DNA from: Asaia bogorensis
GTDB lineage: Bacteria > Pseudomonadota > Alphaproteobacteria > CACIAM-22H2
Direction: 5' to 3'
Length of the DNA stretch: 63,179 nucleotides
NCBI GenBank assembly: GCA_945892765.1
Contig: CAMDDQ010000003.1
Location: 1 to 63,179, forward strand
Positions 9,634 to 17,882 of the stretch are shown piece after piece; positions within the stretch are counted from its first letter, which is position 1; every line of letters starts with the position of its first letter. The notes below the pieces were generated by a model. It was not told where the DNA came from and searched no databases. It saw only the letters and a list, made by a program, of their open reading frames with translations. The position numbers and the translations under genes are program-made.

Positions 9634-10973
9634 TTCTTCACATAAGGATTGTTGCCGGCGCGCAGGAACCAGCGAACCGGAACGCCGGGTAGATCGAATA
9701 CGTCCCGAAGCGAGTTCGTGAGATAACGCAAATAGCTCTCGGGCAGCTTCTTGGCTTTGGCGGCAAATAAGGCGAAACCGGGGGGCCGTGTCGATACCTG
9801 GGTCATGAACCGAAGCCGCGGCCGCAGCCCCTCGACAATCGGCGGCGGATTTGCGGACGTCGCCTCCCCGAGCCAGCGATTGAGCGAGGGTGTCGGCAGC
9901 CTCCGCGACCAGACTTCGTGTATCTGCAGGACCGTGGTCATGAAACGGTCCACCTTTTCGCCGGTCAGCGCCGAGAGCGTCACGAAGGGAATGCCTCTAA
10001 CCTGCGTCAGCGACGTCTCCAGGCGGTCGCGGAGCCGGCGCAGCGCCGCGTCGCGATCGGCGACGATGTCCCACTTGTTGACCACGATAACCAAGGCTCG
10101 ACCTTCCTCGATTGCCATTCCCGCGATGGTCAAATCCTGCTTCTCGAGCATGGTTTCACCGTCGAGGACCAGTGCCACGACTTCGGCGCGGCCGATGGCC
10201 CGGATGGTGTCGCCGGTCGAAAGCTTCTCAAGCCGGTCTTCAATTCGCGCCTGACGCCGAAGGCCGGCCGTGTCGACCAGCCGCACGCGCCTGTCGCCAA
10301 ATGTCCATTCGATATCGATGGCGTCGCGTGTGATGCCGGGCTCCGGCCCGACCAGCACTCTGTCTTCGCCGACCAGACGATTGATCAAGGTCGATTTGCC
10401 GACATTGGGACGACCGACCACCGCAAGCCTGAGCGGGCGGTTCGCGACACTTTCTTCAGTGTCCTCGAACGCCGCGCGCCCGATTTTTTCGACGAGGGCG
10501 GCGTGCAGATAAGCCAGGCCGTCACCATGTTCGGCCGAGATAGCGATTGGCTCGCCGAAGCCCAGTCCGTGGCCCTCCGCCACACCGGTCGCGACGGCCT
10601 TGACCGACTCGCATTTATTGGCCAGGAGCATCACAGGATGGCCTCGTTTGCGAAGCCACTGCGCGAAATGCCGATCGACCGGCGTGACGCCAGCGCGCGC
10701 ATCGATGACAAACAAGGTGAGGTCAGCGGTATCGACGGCGTATTCGGTCTGACCCCGCATCTTGGAAGCCAGGCTGTCTGGTGGCGCTTCCTCCAGACCG
10801 CCGGTGTCGACGACGGTGAAGGTCAAATCGCCGAGCTGCGCCTGGCCTTCGCGGCGATCGCGCGTCAGCCCCGGCGTGTCGTCCACCAAAGCCGTGCGGC
10901 GCCCAACGAGGCGATTGAACAACGTCGATTTTCCGACATTCGGCCGGCCGACAATGGCGACGACGAAAGCCAT
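9627..10973 (-). CDS. der: ribosome biogenesis GTPase Der (EngA)
   Basis: Two tandem GTPase domains (GRPNVGKSTL twice; DTGGL and DTAGL) plus a KH-like C-terminus. Confidence 0.95.
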   Translation of the reverse strand: MAFVVAIVGRPNVGKSTLFNRLVGRRTALVDDTPGLTRDRREGQAQLGDLTFTVVDTGGLEEAPPDSLASKMRGQTEYAVDTADLTLFVIDARAGVTPVDRHFAQWLRKRGHPVMLLANKCESVKAVATGVAEGHGLGFGEPIAISAEHGDGLAYLHAALVEKIGRAAFEDTEESVANRPLRLAVVGRPNVGKSTLINRLVGEDRVLVGPEPGITRDAIDIEWTFGDRRVRLVDTAGLRRQARIEDRLEKLSTGDTIRAIGRAEVVALVLDGETMLEKQDLTIAGMAIEEGRALVIVVNKWDIVADRDAALRRLRDRLETSLTQVRGIPFVTLSALTGEKVDRFMTTVLQIHEVWSRRLPTPSLNRWLGEATSANPPPIVEGLRPRLRFMTQVSTRPPGFALFAAKAKKLPESYLRYLTNSLRDVFDLPGVPVRWFLRAGNNPYVKNQ

Positions 10974-11021
10974 GAATTCCTTTAATTCCGAAAGACAGAG
11001 GCGCGCAGGGCGGCGCCAAGT

Positions 11022-12356
11022 CTAACGCAGGGCAACCAGATCCGCGTTGTCCGTGATCACGTAAAGCGTGCCGTTGGCGGCCACCGGCGACACCATCGTG
11101 GCATCGGGCAACGCCTGCCTGCCGACAATAGCACCGCTTTCCGGAGCCACCCACACGGCCTCACCGAGCGAGTTGGTCAACAGAAGCCGCCCGCCCATCA
11201 ACAACGGCCCCGTCCAAATGATGCGGCTGCTTTTGTTGTTCTCATCGCGGTAGCGACGCAACTGAGTCACCCAGCGCACCCGCCCTTCGCGACGCGTCAG
11301 ACAAACCAGTTCGCCGTCGACGCCCACGACGAAAATGAAATCCCCCGCCATCCACGGCGTTTGGATACCGGCGAGTGTATGGTCCCAAATGCGGTTTCCG
11401 GTTCGCAGGCTAATTGCTGCCATTCGGCCGCCATGGCTGATAGCAAGGACCAGATCACGGTCGATCACCGGATGGGCGCGAATATTTGAGAATGACGCGG
11501 CGGCGTTGGCCCTGCGGTCGCCGGCGAGGGAATCCGACCAAAGAACGCGGCCATTTTCGACGCGGAGGGCAAAAATCTCGCCCGAGGAATAGGCAACCAC
11601 AACGATGCCGCCTTCCACGGCGGGGCTCGCCCCGCCGAAGACTCCGGCCACCTCAACGATTCCTGTGTGTGTCCATTGCTTTCGCCCGTTGCCGACATCG
11701 AAGGTATGGAGTTGATTATCGATGCTCACGGCGAAGACGCGACCGCCGCTGACCGTCGGCGCCGTCCGCACCGGGGCGCTGACCGGCTGACGCCAGATTT
11801 CTTTGCCACTTACCGCGTCCAGCACCAATACTTGGGCGTAGCCGGTCGCCACGTAGACCCGGCCGCCGTCAAAGGCAACGCCGCCGCCTTGCCCGCCGGT
11901 GCCATGGTTGCGCGGTGTAACGTCGAAGGTCCACAAGCGACGGCCGGTATTGGCTTCGAAGGCACTGACAGTGGTTTCGGCGTCCATTGTAAAAATCCGG
12001 CCACCACCGATGACGGGCGAAGCCGTCAGCCGGCTTTCGTCGCTAACGCCCTCACCAATTTCGGCGCGCCAAATTTCGCGGGGGGCCGAGCCGATCGCGA
12101 GGTGCTGGACGAGGTGGTTGGGCGGCCCGCCCGCTTGGGGCCATTCGATATTTGTTGTCGCGGGCGGCAGGCGCACGGCTAAATCGGCCAAGCCCCGGTC
12201 GGGCTCGATCGACTGCTGTTGGCTCATGATGCTGATCCGCTGGCCCGGCAACGGCGGCGCCTTGCGCGCGGCGAGCAGGTCCGAATCGCAGGCGCCAGCG
12301 AGCAAGCCTGCCACCATCAGAGCCAAAATCGCACGGTGACCGGAAAAAATTATCAC
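11022..12356 (-). CDS. bamB: outer membrane protein assembly factor BamB (PQQ-like beta-propeller lipoprotein)
   Basis: Lipoprotein signal with LLAGAC lipobox and repeated beta-propeller blades. Conserved position between the yfgM-like gene and der. Confidence 0.85.
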   Translation of the reverse strand: MIIFSGHRAILALMVAGLLAGACDSDLLAARKAPPLPGQRISIMSQQQSIEPDRGLADLAVRLPPATTNIEWPQAGGPPNHLVQHLAIGSAPREIWRAEIGEGVSDESRLTASPVIGGGRIFTMDAETTVSAFEANTGRRLWTFDVTPRNHGTGGQGGGVAFDGGRVYVATGYAQVLVLDAVSGKEIWRQPVSAPVRTAPTVSGGRVFAVSIDNQLHTFDVGNGRKQWTHTGIVEVAGVFGGASPAVEGGIVVVAYSSGEIFALRVENGRVLWSDSLAGDRRANAAASFSNIRAHPVIDRDLVLAISHGGRMAAISLRTGNRIWDHTLAGIQTPWMAGDFIFVVGVDGELVCLTRREGRVRWVTQLRRYRDENNKSSRIIWTGPLLMGGRLLLTNSLGEAVWVAPESGAIVGRQALPDATMVSPVAANGTLYVITDNADLVALR

Positions 12357-12997
12357 CCGCCGAGGCCCGCCAACATTTCGGCCGCGCGCGCACGAATACC
12401 CGGCGGGGTCGCGGGATCGTCGGCGAGGCGCAAGAAAACCTCGGTGGCCTTGCCCGTGTCGCCGGTTCGATGCGCCAACACCGCCAACAACTCGAATGCT
12501 GCGTGGCGCCAGGGGTTCGTTTCGACGGTCAGGGCATTGAGCCGCGTAGCGAGACTTGTCGGCTCTTCGGTTTCGATAACAACGAGCACCGACTGCAACA
12601 ACGCGACATCGCGCAGTGCCGGATCGACACCGCTATCGGCGGCGATCATCCGGTAGAGAATAGAGGCCGCGGCCACGTCGCCGGCGCGTGCCTTCAGCCC
12701 CGCCTCCTGCAACCGCGCTAGTGTCGCGTATCCCGAACTCGCGTCGCGGGCAAGCGATTCAAACGCTTTGGCCGCCTCCGCGCCAACTCCCGCACGCGCC
12801 AGATCGGTGGCGGCTAGATATGTCGTCGCTTCGCCTGCCCGAATCCGTGCATCGTATTCGCGCCAGAAAACCACGACCGCGGTCGCGGCGACGAGGACGA
12901 CCAATCCGACCAGGACGTAATTGCCATAGTCCTTCCAAAGCCTGAGATACCGGTCGTGTCTCAGGTCTTCATCGACTTCGCGGAAAATGTCGCCCAC
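12353..12997 (-). CDS. YfgM-like tetratricopeptide repeat membrane protein
   Basis: One N-terminal TM helix followed by Ala-rich TPR-like helices. Stop overlaps the bamB start, the conserved yfgM-bamB-der order. Confidence 0.7.
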   Translation of the reverse strand: MGDIFREVDEDLRHDRYLRLWKDYGNYVLVGLVVLVAATAVVVFWREYDARIRAGEATTYLAATDLARAGVGAEAAKAFESLARDASSGYATLARLQEAGLKARAGDVAAASILYRMIAADSGVDPALRDVALLQSVLVVIETEEPTSLATRLNALTVETNPWRHAAFELLAVLAHRTGDTGKATEVFLRLADDPATPPGIRARAAEMLAGLGG

Positions 12998-13057
12998 GTT
13001 CCTACCCGAAATTTGCTGGTGAGAGTTGTCTTGCGGCGGCGGAATCGGCCGGTTCGG

Positions 13058-13612
13058 TCACGCGGCCTGACGCCACTTGATGGAGCAACCCATGCTTGGC
13101 GTTTGGTCTCGCGGTCCTTGCCCGGTCGCCCCTATCGCTGTCATTGCCTCGAACAGTTCACGACGGGCGCCGGCCACGAGTTCGCGGCGCGAAGCATCCA
13201 TGCGTCCGCGATATTGTAACTCGAGACTCGCATTGAAACCGAAGAAATCCGGCGTGCAAACAGCACCATAAGCCTGGGCCACGGCCTGCGTCTCGTCGAT
13301 GACGTAGGGAAAGACGAAGTTGTGCTGGCGAGCGAATTCCTTCATTTTGTCAAAGGAGTCTTCGGGATAGGACGATACGTCATTGGACATAATGGCAACA
13401 CCGCCAACCCCGTGGGCCTGCAATTCACCGACTTCACCCACCAGGCGATCAATAATGGCGCGCACATAAGGGCAGTGATTGCAGATGAACATGACCAATG
13501 TGCCCTTCGGGCCGCTAATGTCGGCCAGGCGGTATCGCTTGCCATCCACCCCTTTTAGGTCGAAATCGACGGCTCGCCGCCCGAAGTCGCAAACCGGCGT
13601 CTCCGCTGCCAT
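13058..13612 (-). CDS. thioredoxin-fold protein (AhpC/TSA-like)
   Basis: CxxC motif FICNHCPYV within a thioredoxin-like fold. ATG at 13612 is preceded by GGAAGGAAG. The ORF is open up to 13738, but that extension is unlikely to be coding. Confidence 0.75.
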   Translation of the reverse strand: MAAETPVCDFGRRAVDFDLKGVDGKRYRLADISGPKGTLVMFICNHCPYVRAIIDRLVGEVGELQAHGVGGVAIMSNDVSSYPEDSFDKMKEFARQHNFVFPYVIDETQAVAQAYGAVCTPDFFGFNASLELQYRGRMDASRRELVAGARRELFEAMTAIGATGQGPRDQTPSMGCSIKWRQAA

Positions 13613-13731
13613 GGTACTTCCTTCCGTCATTGACGCGGGCCGACAATATTTCGCAAAATTGCGGCCACAACAAGACCGCGGCACGGAATGATGAACGGAC
13701 GCTGGGGGAATTGGTGGAAGGCCGTGGGGAA

Positions 13732-14055
13732 ATGACAAACCGATTTCTCTGGATTGCCCTTGCCTTGCTTACCGCAGGTTGCCAAACCCCGATCGAGTTT
13801 GGGCTGAACGGGCTCGGCTTGATGACCTATATGGGCACAGGAAAAGGTCTGTCCGACCACGTCGTTTCGTACGTTTCTGGCCGCGATTGTTCAATGCGTG
13901 GATTGATTTCGGACGGTCGACTATGCCGAGACCTGACCCCGGACCTGCCACAGCCGGAAGAAAAGACACCGGTTTTCTGCTACCGCACTCTAGGGGTAGC
14001 GGAATGCTACACACAGCCCGATCCGTTCGCGCCGCCGTCGCAGCGCTTGAACTGA
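13732..14055 (+). CDS. hypothetical lipoprotein
   Basis: Signal peptide MTNRFLWIALALLTAGC with a lipobox. 107 aa with several Cys. No family recognised. Confidence 0.55.
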   Translation: MTNRFLWIALALLTAGCQTPIEFGLNGLGLMTYMGTGKGLSDHVVSYVSGRDCSMRGLISDGRLCRDLTPDLPQPEEKTPVFCYRTLGVAECYTQPDPFAPPSQRLN

Positions 14056-14061
14056 CGGCCC

Positions 14062-14394
14062 ATGAACAACGTCGTTCGACTGAAGGATTTTTCACGGCGT
14101 CCTGCCGGCGTGCGTTTTGAAGCGGCGGAACTGCGCCGTCTGCTCCATTTTTACGGACGCAAGGTGGCCGATGGCGCGTGGCGCGATTATGCCATCGACA
14201 GCGGCCCCCGCATGGCGGCGTTTCAGGTCTTTCGCCATGCTCGCGGCGAACCGGAATTCATCATTGCGAAGTTCCCGGCGGGATCGCGGCGCGCGGGGGA
14301 CTACGCCGTTTCCCACGGCCGCCGCCTCGTTCGGCAAGCACGGTCCGTTGACGAAGCACTTTCGGTCCTTGCGCTCAAGCTGGCTCACCGCTGA
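14062..14394 (+). CDS. DUF2794 domain-containing protein
   Basis: About 110 aa. The pattern FEAAELRRLLHFYGRKVADGAWRDYAID matches my recollection of this alphaproteobacterial conserved family. Confidence 0.6.
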   Translation: MNNVVRLKDFSRRPAGVRFEAAELRRLLHFYGRKVADGAWRDYAIDSGPRMAAFQVFRHARGEPEFIIAKFPAGSRRAGDYAVSHGRRLVRQARSVDEALSVLALKLAHR

Positions 14395-14420
14395 ACGCCG
14401 AAAAGTCTTACAGCAAGCCT

Positions 14421-15446
14421 CTAGCTCCGCCAGCGTAGAACGCGCTCCTTCACGGGGTTAACGAAGGCGCGGCCTTCGTCCTGGGCGCGAGCAAACTCCG
14501 CCTTGATTCGGTAGTACCATTTCGCGGGTCGATCGGCGTCATCGATCAGCAACAGCGCCGGGGCCCCGGCCAAGCCGAGTTGCTGGCGCGCGACGGTTTC
14601 TCGATCCTGGTCGAGAAACGTCCGCCCAAGACGGCGAGCGAGCGGTTTGAGGAGGCCCAGCCACGGAATCGTCCAATAGACCAGGTGATTGATCTGCGTG
14701 CTGTCCTTGTCGATCGGAGTCACGGCGGTCAGGTTGCAGACCACGCCATTGTCTGATTCGATGTGTTCGACCCGAATTCCGGGTAGTCGGAAGGTGATCT
14801 CAGTCGTTGGCCGGCCCAACAACTTGTAGGCTCGCGAATTGCTCGACGGCTGGTGGCGGACCATACGGAAGCCAAACGGTGATGGCTCGAATCGCCGTTC
14901 CTTCTCGTGCGCCGAGCGCCGTGATCGCCAGAACCAGGAACGATGAACGAATGGCCCGTGAGCGGGGTCCATCAGACCAACGACCGCGTGATCGACCGCG
15001 CAGGGGAAAACCATCGTCAACGCCAATTGGTAGGATCTCGATCCGACCGCCGGCACTTCCGGAATTTCGGGCAGCGGTTCGGGGGCTTCCCTCGCGCTGG
15101 GGAAAAAGACCCAGATGTTGCCCTGAACCTCGCGGCACGGATAGGCGACCGCCTTGATGCGATCGAGGTCGAAGGACTGCGCCTCGACCAGTGACGGAAT
15201 GGCGGTGCACCGCCCGGAGGGATCGAAGCGCCAGCCATGGTAACAGCATTCGATCTCGCGGCCGTCGAAATGACCAAAGGACAGCGGCATCCCACGATGA
15301 GGACAAAAGTCACGGAGGCAGAAAGGCGCGCCCGCGCTGTCGCGCCCGATGATGAGGCGTTCACCAAGAAGCGTTTTGGGCACGATCCGTCCGGGCTTTA
15401 GGCCCTCGCCGGGAAGCGCCAGGTACCATATGTCGCGAAGAAACAT
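14421..15446 (-). CDS. Rieske [2Fe-2S] non-heme-iron oxygenase (ring-hydroxylating alpha-subunit / PaO-like)
   Basis: Rieske motif CPHRGMPL..CCYHGWRF and a downstream iron-binding His cluster, AVDHAVVGLMDPAHGPFVH. Confidence 0.85.
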   Translation of the reverse strand: MFLRDIWYLALPGEGLKPGRIVPKTLLGERLIIGRDSAGAPFCLRDFCPHRGMPLSFGHFDGREIECCYHGWRFDPSGRCTAIPSLVEAQSFDLDRIKAVAYPCREVQGNIWVFFPSAREAPEPLPEIPEVPAVGSRSYQLALTMVFPCAVDHAVVGLMDPAHGPFVHRSWFWRSRRSAHEKERRFEPSPFGFRMVRHQPSSNSRAYKLLGRPTTEITFRLPGIRVEHIESDNGVVCNLTAVTPIDKDSTQINHLVYWTIPWLGLLKPLARRLGRTFLDQDRETVARQQLGLAGAPALLLIDDADRPAKWYYRIKAEFARAQDEGRAFVNPVKERVLRWRS

Positions 15447-15477
15447 CGACCCCTTGTCGCTGATGGTGATTCGCCGG

Positions 15478-16248
15478 TCAAGCCGGCGACGTTGCCGCCT
15501 GATGCCAGTGCCGGAGCAGATTCAACGAAACGACGTCCTCGCCTCGCGGATCGCCGCGGAAGATGCGAAAGGGTGTGCCGGGCTCGCCTAGGTCGGAAAG
15601 CACGGCCATGGCGCCCGTAAAGTCTTGGCCGATGGTATAGGCGCTGACCGTGATCAGCGTCGGAATCCGCGCGCCAAGAGCGGATTGCAGGCCATTGGCC
15701 GAGTCCTCGAAGGCCATGCAGGCATTCGGGGCGAGGCCCAGTTTATCCAATGCCAAAGAATAAATATCGGGCGCCGGCTTTTTCGCGGCCACCATGTCGC
15801 CGCCGACGATCGCATCGAACCAGCCAGGAGAGTCCGGACCCAGCGTCCCGACTAGAAGCTCGCGAACCGAGCGCAGGGATGTTGTCGTGGCGATGGCGAG
15901 GCGCAGCCCGCCATGCCGGGCGTCCACGATCAGGCGACGAATTCCGGGGCGCAGTGTAACGGCGCCACGCGAAATCGCGGACCAATAGCCGCGATTCTTC
16001 GCCTCATGAAGGCTTCGAATCGTGTTCTCGATCCCCGCGGTCTTGAGCAGTTCCGGCTGAAACCGAGAGAGATAGTGGCGGATACGCTCTTTACCTCCGG
16101 TGACGCCCAGAAGGTCGCCATAGAGCGCGCGGTCCCAGATCCAGGGGAAGCCATGGTCCTGGAACGCGGCATTGAATGACTCTCGGTGCGCTTCTTCGGT
16201 TTCGGCGAAAGCGCTGTCGATGTCGAACAATAGAGCGGTGAGCGCCAT
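15478..16248 (-). CDS. HAD family hydrolase (CbbY-like phosphatase)
   Basis: HAD motif I LLFDIDS, motif II IATTTS, motif IV FEDSANG. ATG at 16248 has an upstream GAAGG. Confidence 0.8.
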   Translation of the reverse strand: MALTALLFDIDSAFAETEEAHRESFNAAFQDHGFPWIWDRALYGDLLGVTGGKERIRHYLSRFQPELLKTAGIENTIRSLHEAKNRGYWSAISRGAVTLRPGIRRLIVDARHGGLRLAIATTTSLRSVRELLVGTLGPDSPGWFDAIVGGDMVAAKKPAPDIYSLALDKLGLAPNACMAFEDSANGLQSALGARIPTLITVSAYTIGQDFTGAMAVLSDLGEPGTPFRIFRGDPRGEDVVSLNLLRHWHQAATSPA

Positions 16249-16379
16249 AATTCTGCCTTCTGTTCCCGAGCTCGGCCGGTATTTGACCAGGCGCGTCATC
16301 TGGCAACCGACCTTAACCGCGGCTGAACCCGTGGCCTCGTGCGATTGCGCCGCGAACGTGGCTCCGCTATGACACCAAG

Positions 16380-17882
16380 ATGGCGACAAATCCACTGCTG
16401 CCCAACCTCGATCCCTTCGATTTGGCGCGGGCCCTCTCCGGCTCGTTGTTGATCGACGGAAAACTATGTCGCGCGGCTTCCGGCAAGACCTTTCCGGTAA
16501 TTTCTCCCGCGACGATGGACACCGTTGCCGCCGCGGCCCTTGGCGAGGCCGAAGATATCGATCGCGCGGTTTCGGCCGCCGCCACCGCGCAGCCAGGATG
16601 GGCCCGCATCGCTTCCCGTCAACGCGGCAAATTGATCGCCGAATGCGGCCGCCGGTTGGGCGAACACGCCGAGGAATTGGGGCGATTGGTGGCTTTGGAG
16701 ACCGGCAAGGCCCTGCGTACGGAAAGCCGCGTCGAGGCGTCCGTCCTCGCCGACGTCTTCCTATTTTATGGGGGCCTGGGATCGGAACTGAAGGGCGAAA
16801 CCGTGCCCTTCAGCCCCGACATGCTGACCATGACGCTGCGCGAGCCCCTGGGCGTGGTTGGAGCGATCATCCCGTGGAACGTGCCGATGATGCTGATGGC
16901 GCTCAAGATCGCGCCTGCGCTCGTCGCCGGGAACGCCGTCGTCGTGAAATCCGCCGAGGAAGCGCCATTGGCGGTCCTCCGAGTCTGCCAGATCATGAAC
17001 CAGGTCTTGCCGCCGGGCGTATTCAACATCGTTTCGGGATTCGGCCCGGAATGCGGCGCGCCGCTGGTGGCCCATCCCAAGGTCGCAAAGATCACCTTCA
17101 CGGGCTCCGTGGAAACCGGGAAGGCCGTGTCGCGCAACGCCGCCGACAAACTCATTCCGGTGACGCTCGAATTGGGCGGAAAAAGCCCGATGATCGTAAT
17201 GCCGGATGCCGATCTCGGCCGAGCGATCGCGGGTGCGGTCACCGGGATGCGTTTCACGCGCCAGGGTCAGAGTTGCACCGCGGCCAGCCGCATATTCGTG
17301 CACGCCAGCCTCCACGACGCCTTCCTGCGCGGCATGAAGGCCAAGGTGGACGCGATGAAAATGGGTGATCCACTCGACGAGGCAACCGACATCGGCGCCA
17401 TCATCTCCCAAACGCAATGCGACAAGGTGAACCGCTACATTGCGCTTGGCAGTGAAACACCGGGCGCCGTGGCCCATCGATGTTCGGCGTTGCCGGCCGA
17501 TCCCAGGCTGAAACAAGGCCTCTTCGTTCAGCCTGTGTTGTTCAGCGGTCTCACCAACCGGCACCGTGTCGCGCGTGAAGAAATCTTCGGCCCAGTCACA
17601 TGTTTGATCCCCTGGTCCGATGAGGATGACGTAATCGGAGAGGCCAATGACAGCGATTACGGCCTCGCGGCGACGGTGTGGACCCGCGACATCGGGACCG
17701 CCTTGAACGCCGCACGCCGTCTCCAAGCCGGATTTGTCCAGGTCAATCAGAACATAGTGGTGCAGCCGGGGCTCTCCTATGGCGGCATCAAGCAATCCGG
17801 CCTGGGCAAGGAAGCATCGCTGGAGGCCATGATCGAGCATTTCACGCACAAAAAGACGGTCATCGTGAATCTCGGTTCATGA
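16380..17882 (+). CDS. NAD(P)-dependent aldehyde dehydrogenase family protein
   Basis: 500 aa with LELGGKSP, the catalytic Cys context QGQSCTAASR, and EEIFGPV. Confidence 0.9.
   Translation: MATNPLLPNLDPFDLARALSGSLLIDGKLCRAASGKTFPVISPATMDTVAAAALGEAEDIDRAVSAAATAQPGWARIASRQRGKLIAECGRRLGEHAEELGRLVALETGKALRTESRVEASVLADVFLFYGGLGSELKGETVPFSPDMLTMTLREPLGVVGAIIPWNVPMMLMALKIAPALVAGNAVVVKSAEEAPLAVLRVCQIMNQVLPPGVFNIVSGFGPECGAPLVAHPKVAKITFTGSVETGKAVSRNAADKLIPVTLELGGKSPMIVMPDADLGRAIAGAVTGMRFTRQGQSCTAASRIFVHASLHDAFLRGMKAKVDAMKMGDPLDEATDIGAIISQTQCDKVNRYIALGSETPGAVAHRCSALPADPRLKQGLFVQPVLFSGLTNRHRVAREEIFGPVTCLIPWSDEDDVIGEANDSDYGLAATVWTRDIGTALNAARRLQAGFVQVNQNIVVQPGLSYGGIKQSGLGKEASLEAMIEHFTHKKTVIVNLGS

Noticed and set aside
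13613-13738. N-terminal extensions of several ORF-track entries. Examples: 13058-13738, 15478-16395, 34732-35373, 35228-36343, 43521-44660, 51631-52299, 52296-53567, 17678-20266.
   Set aside because: In each case the conserved family N-terminus starts at an internal ATG/GTG with a better RBS or stop-start coupling. The upstream extension overlaps the neighbouring gene or intergenic region and is Arg/Ser-rich.
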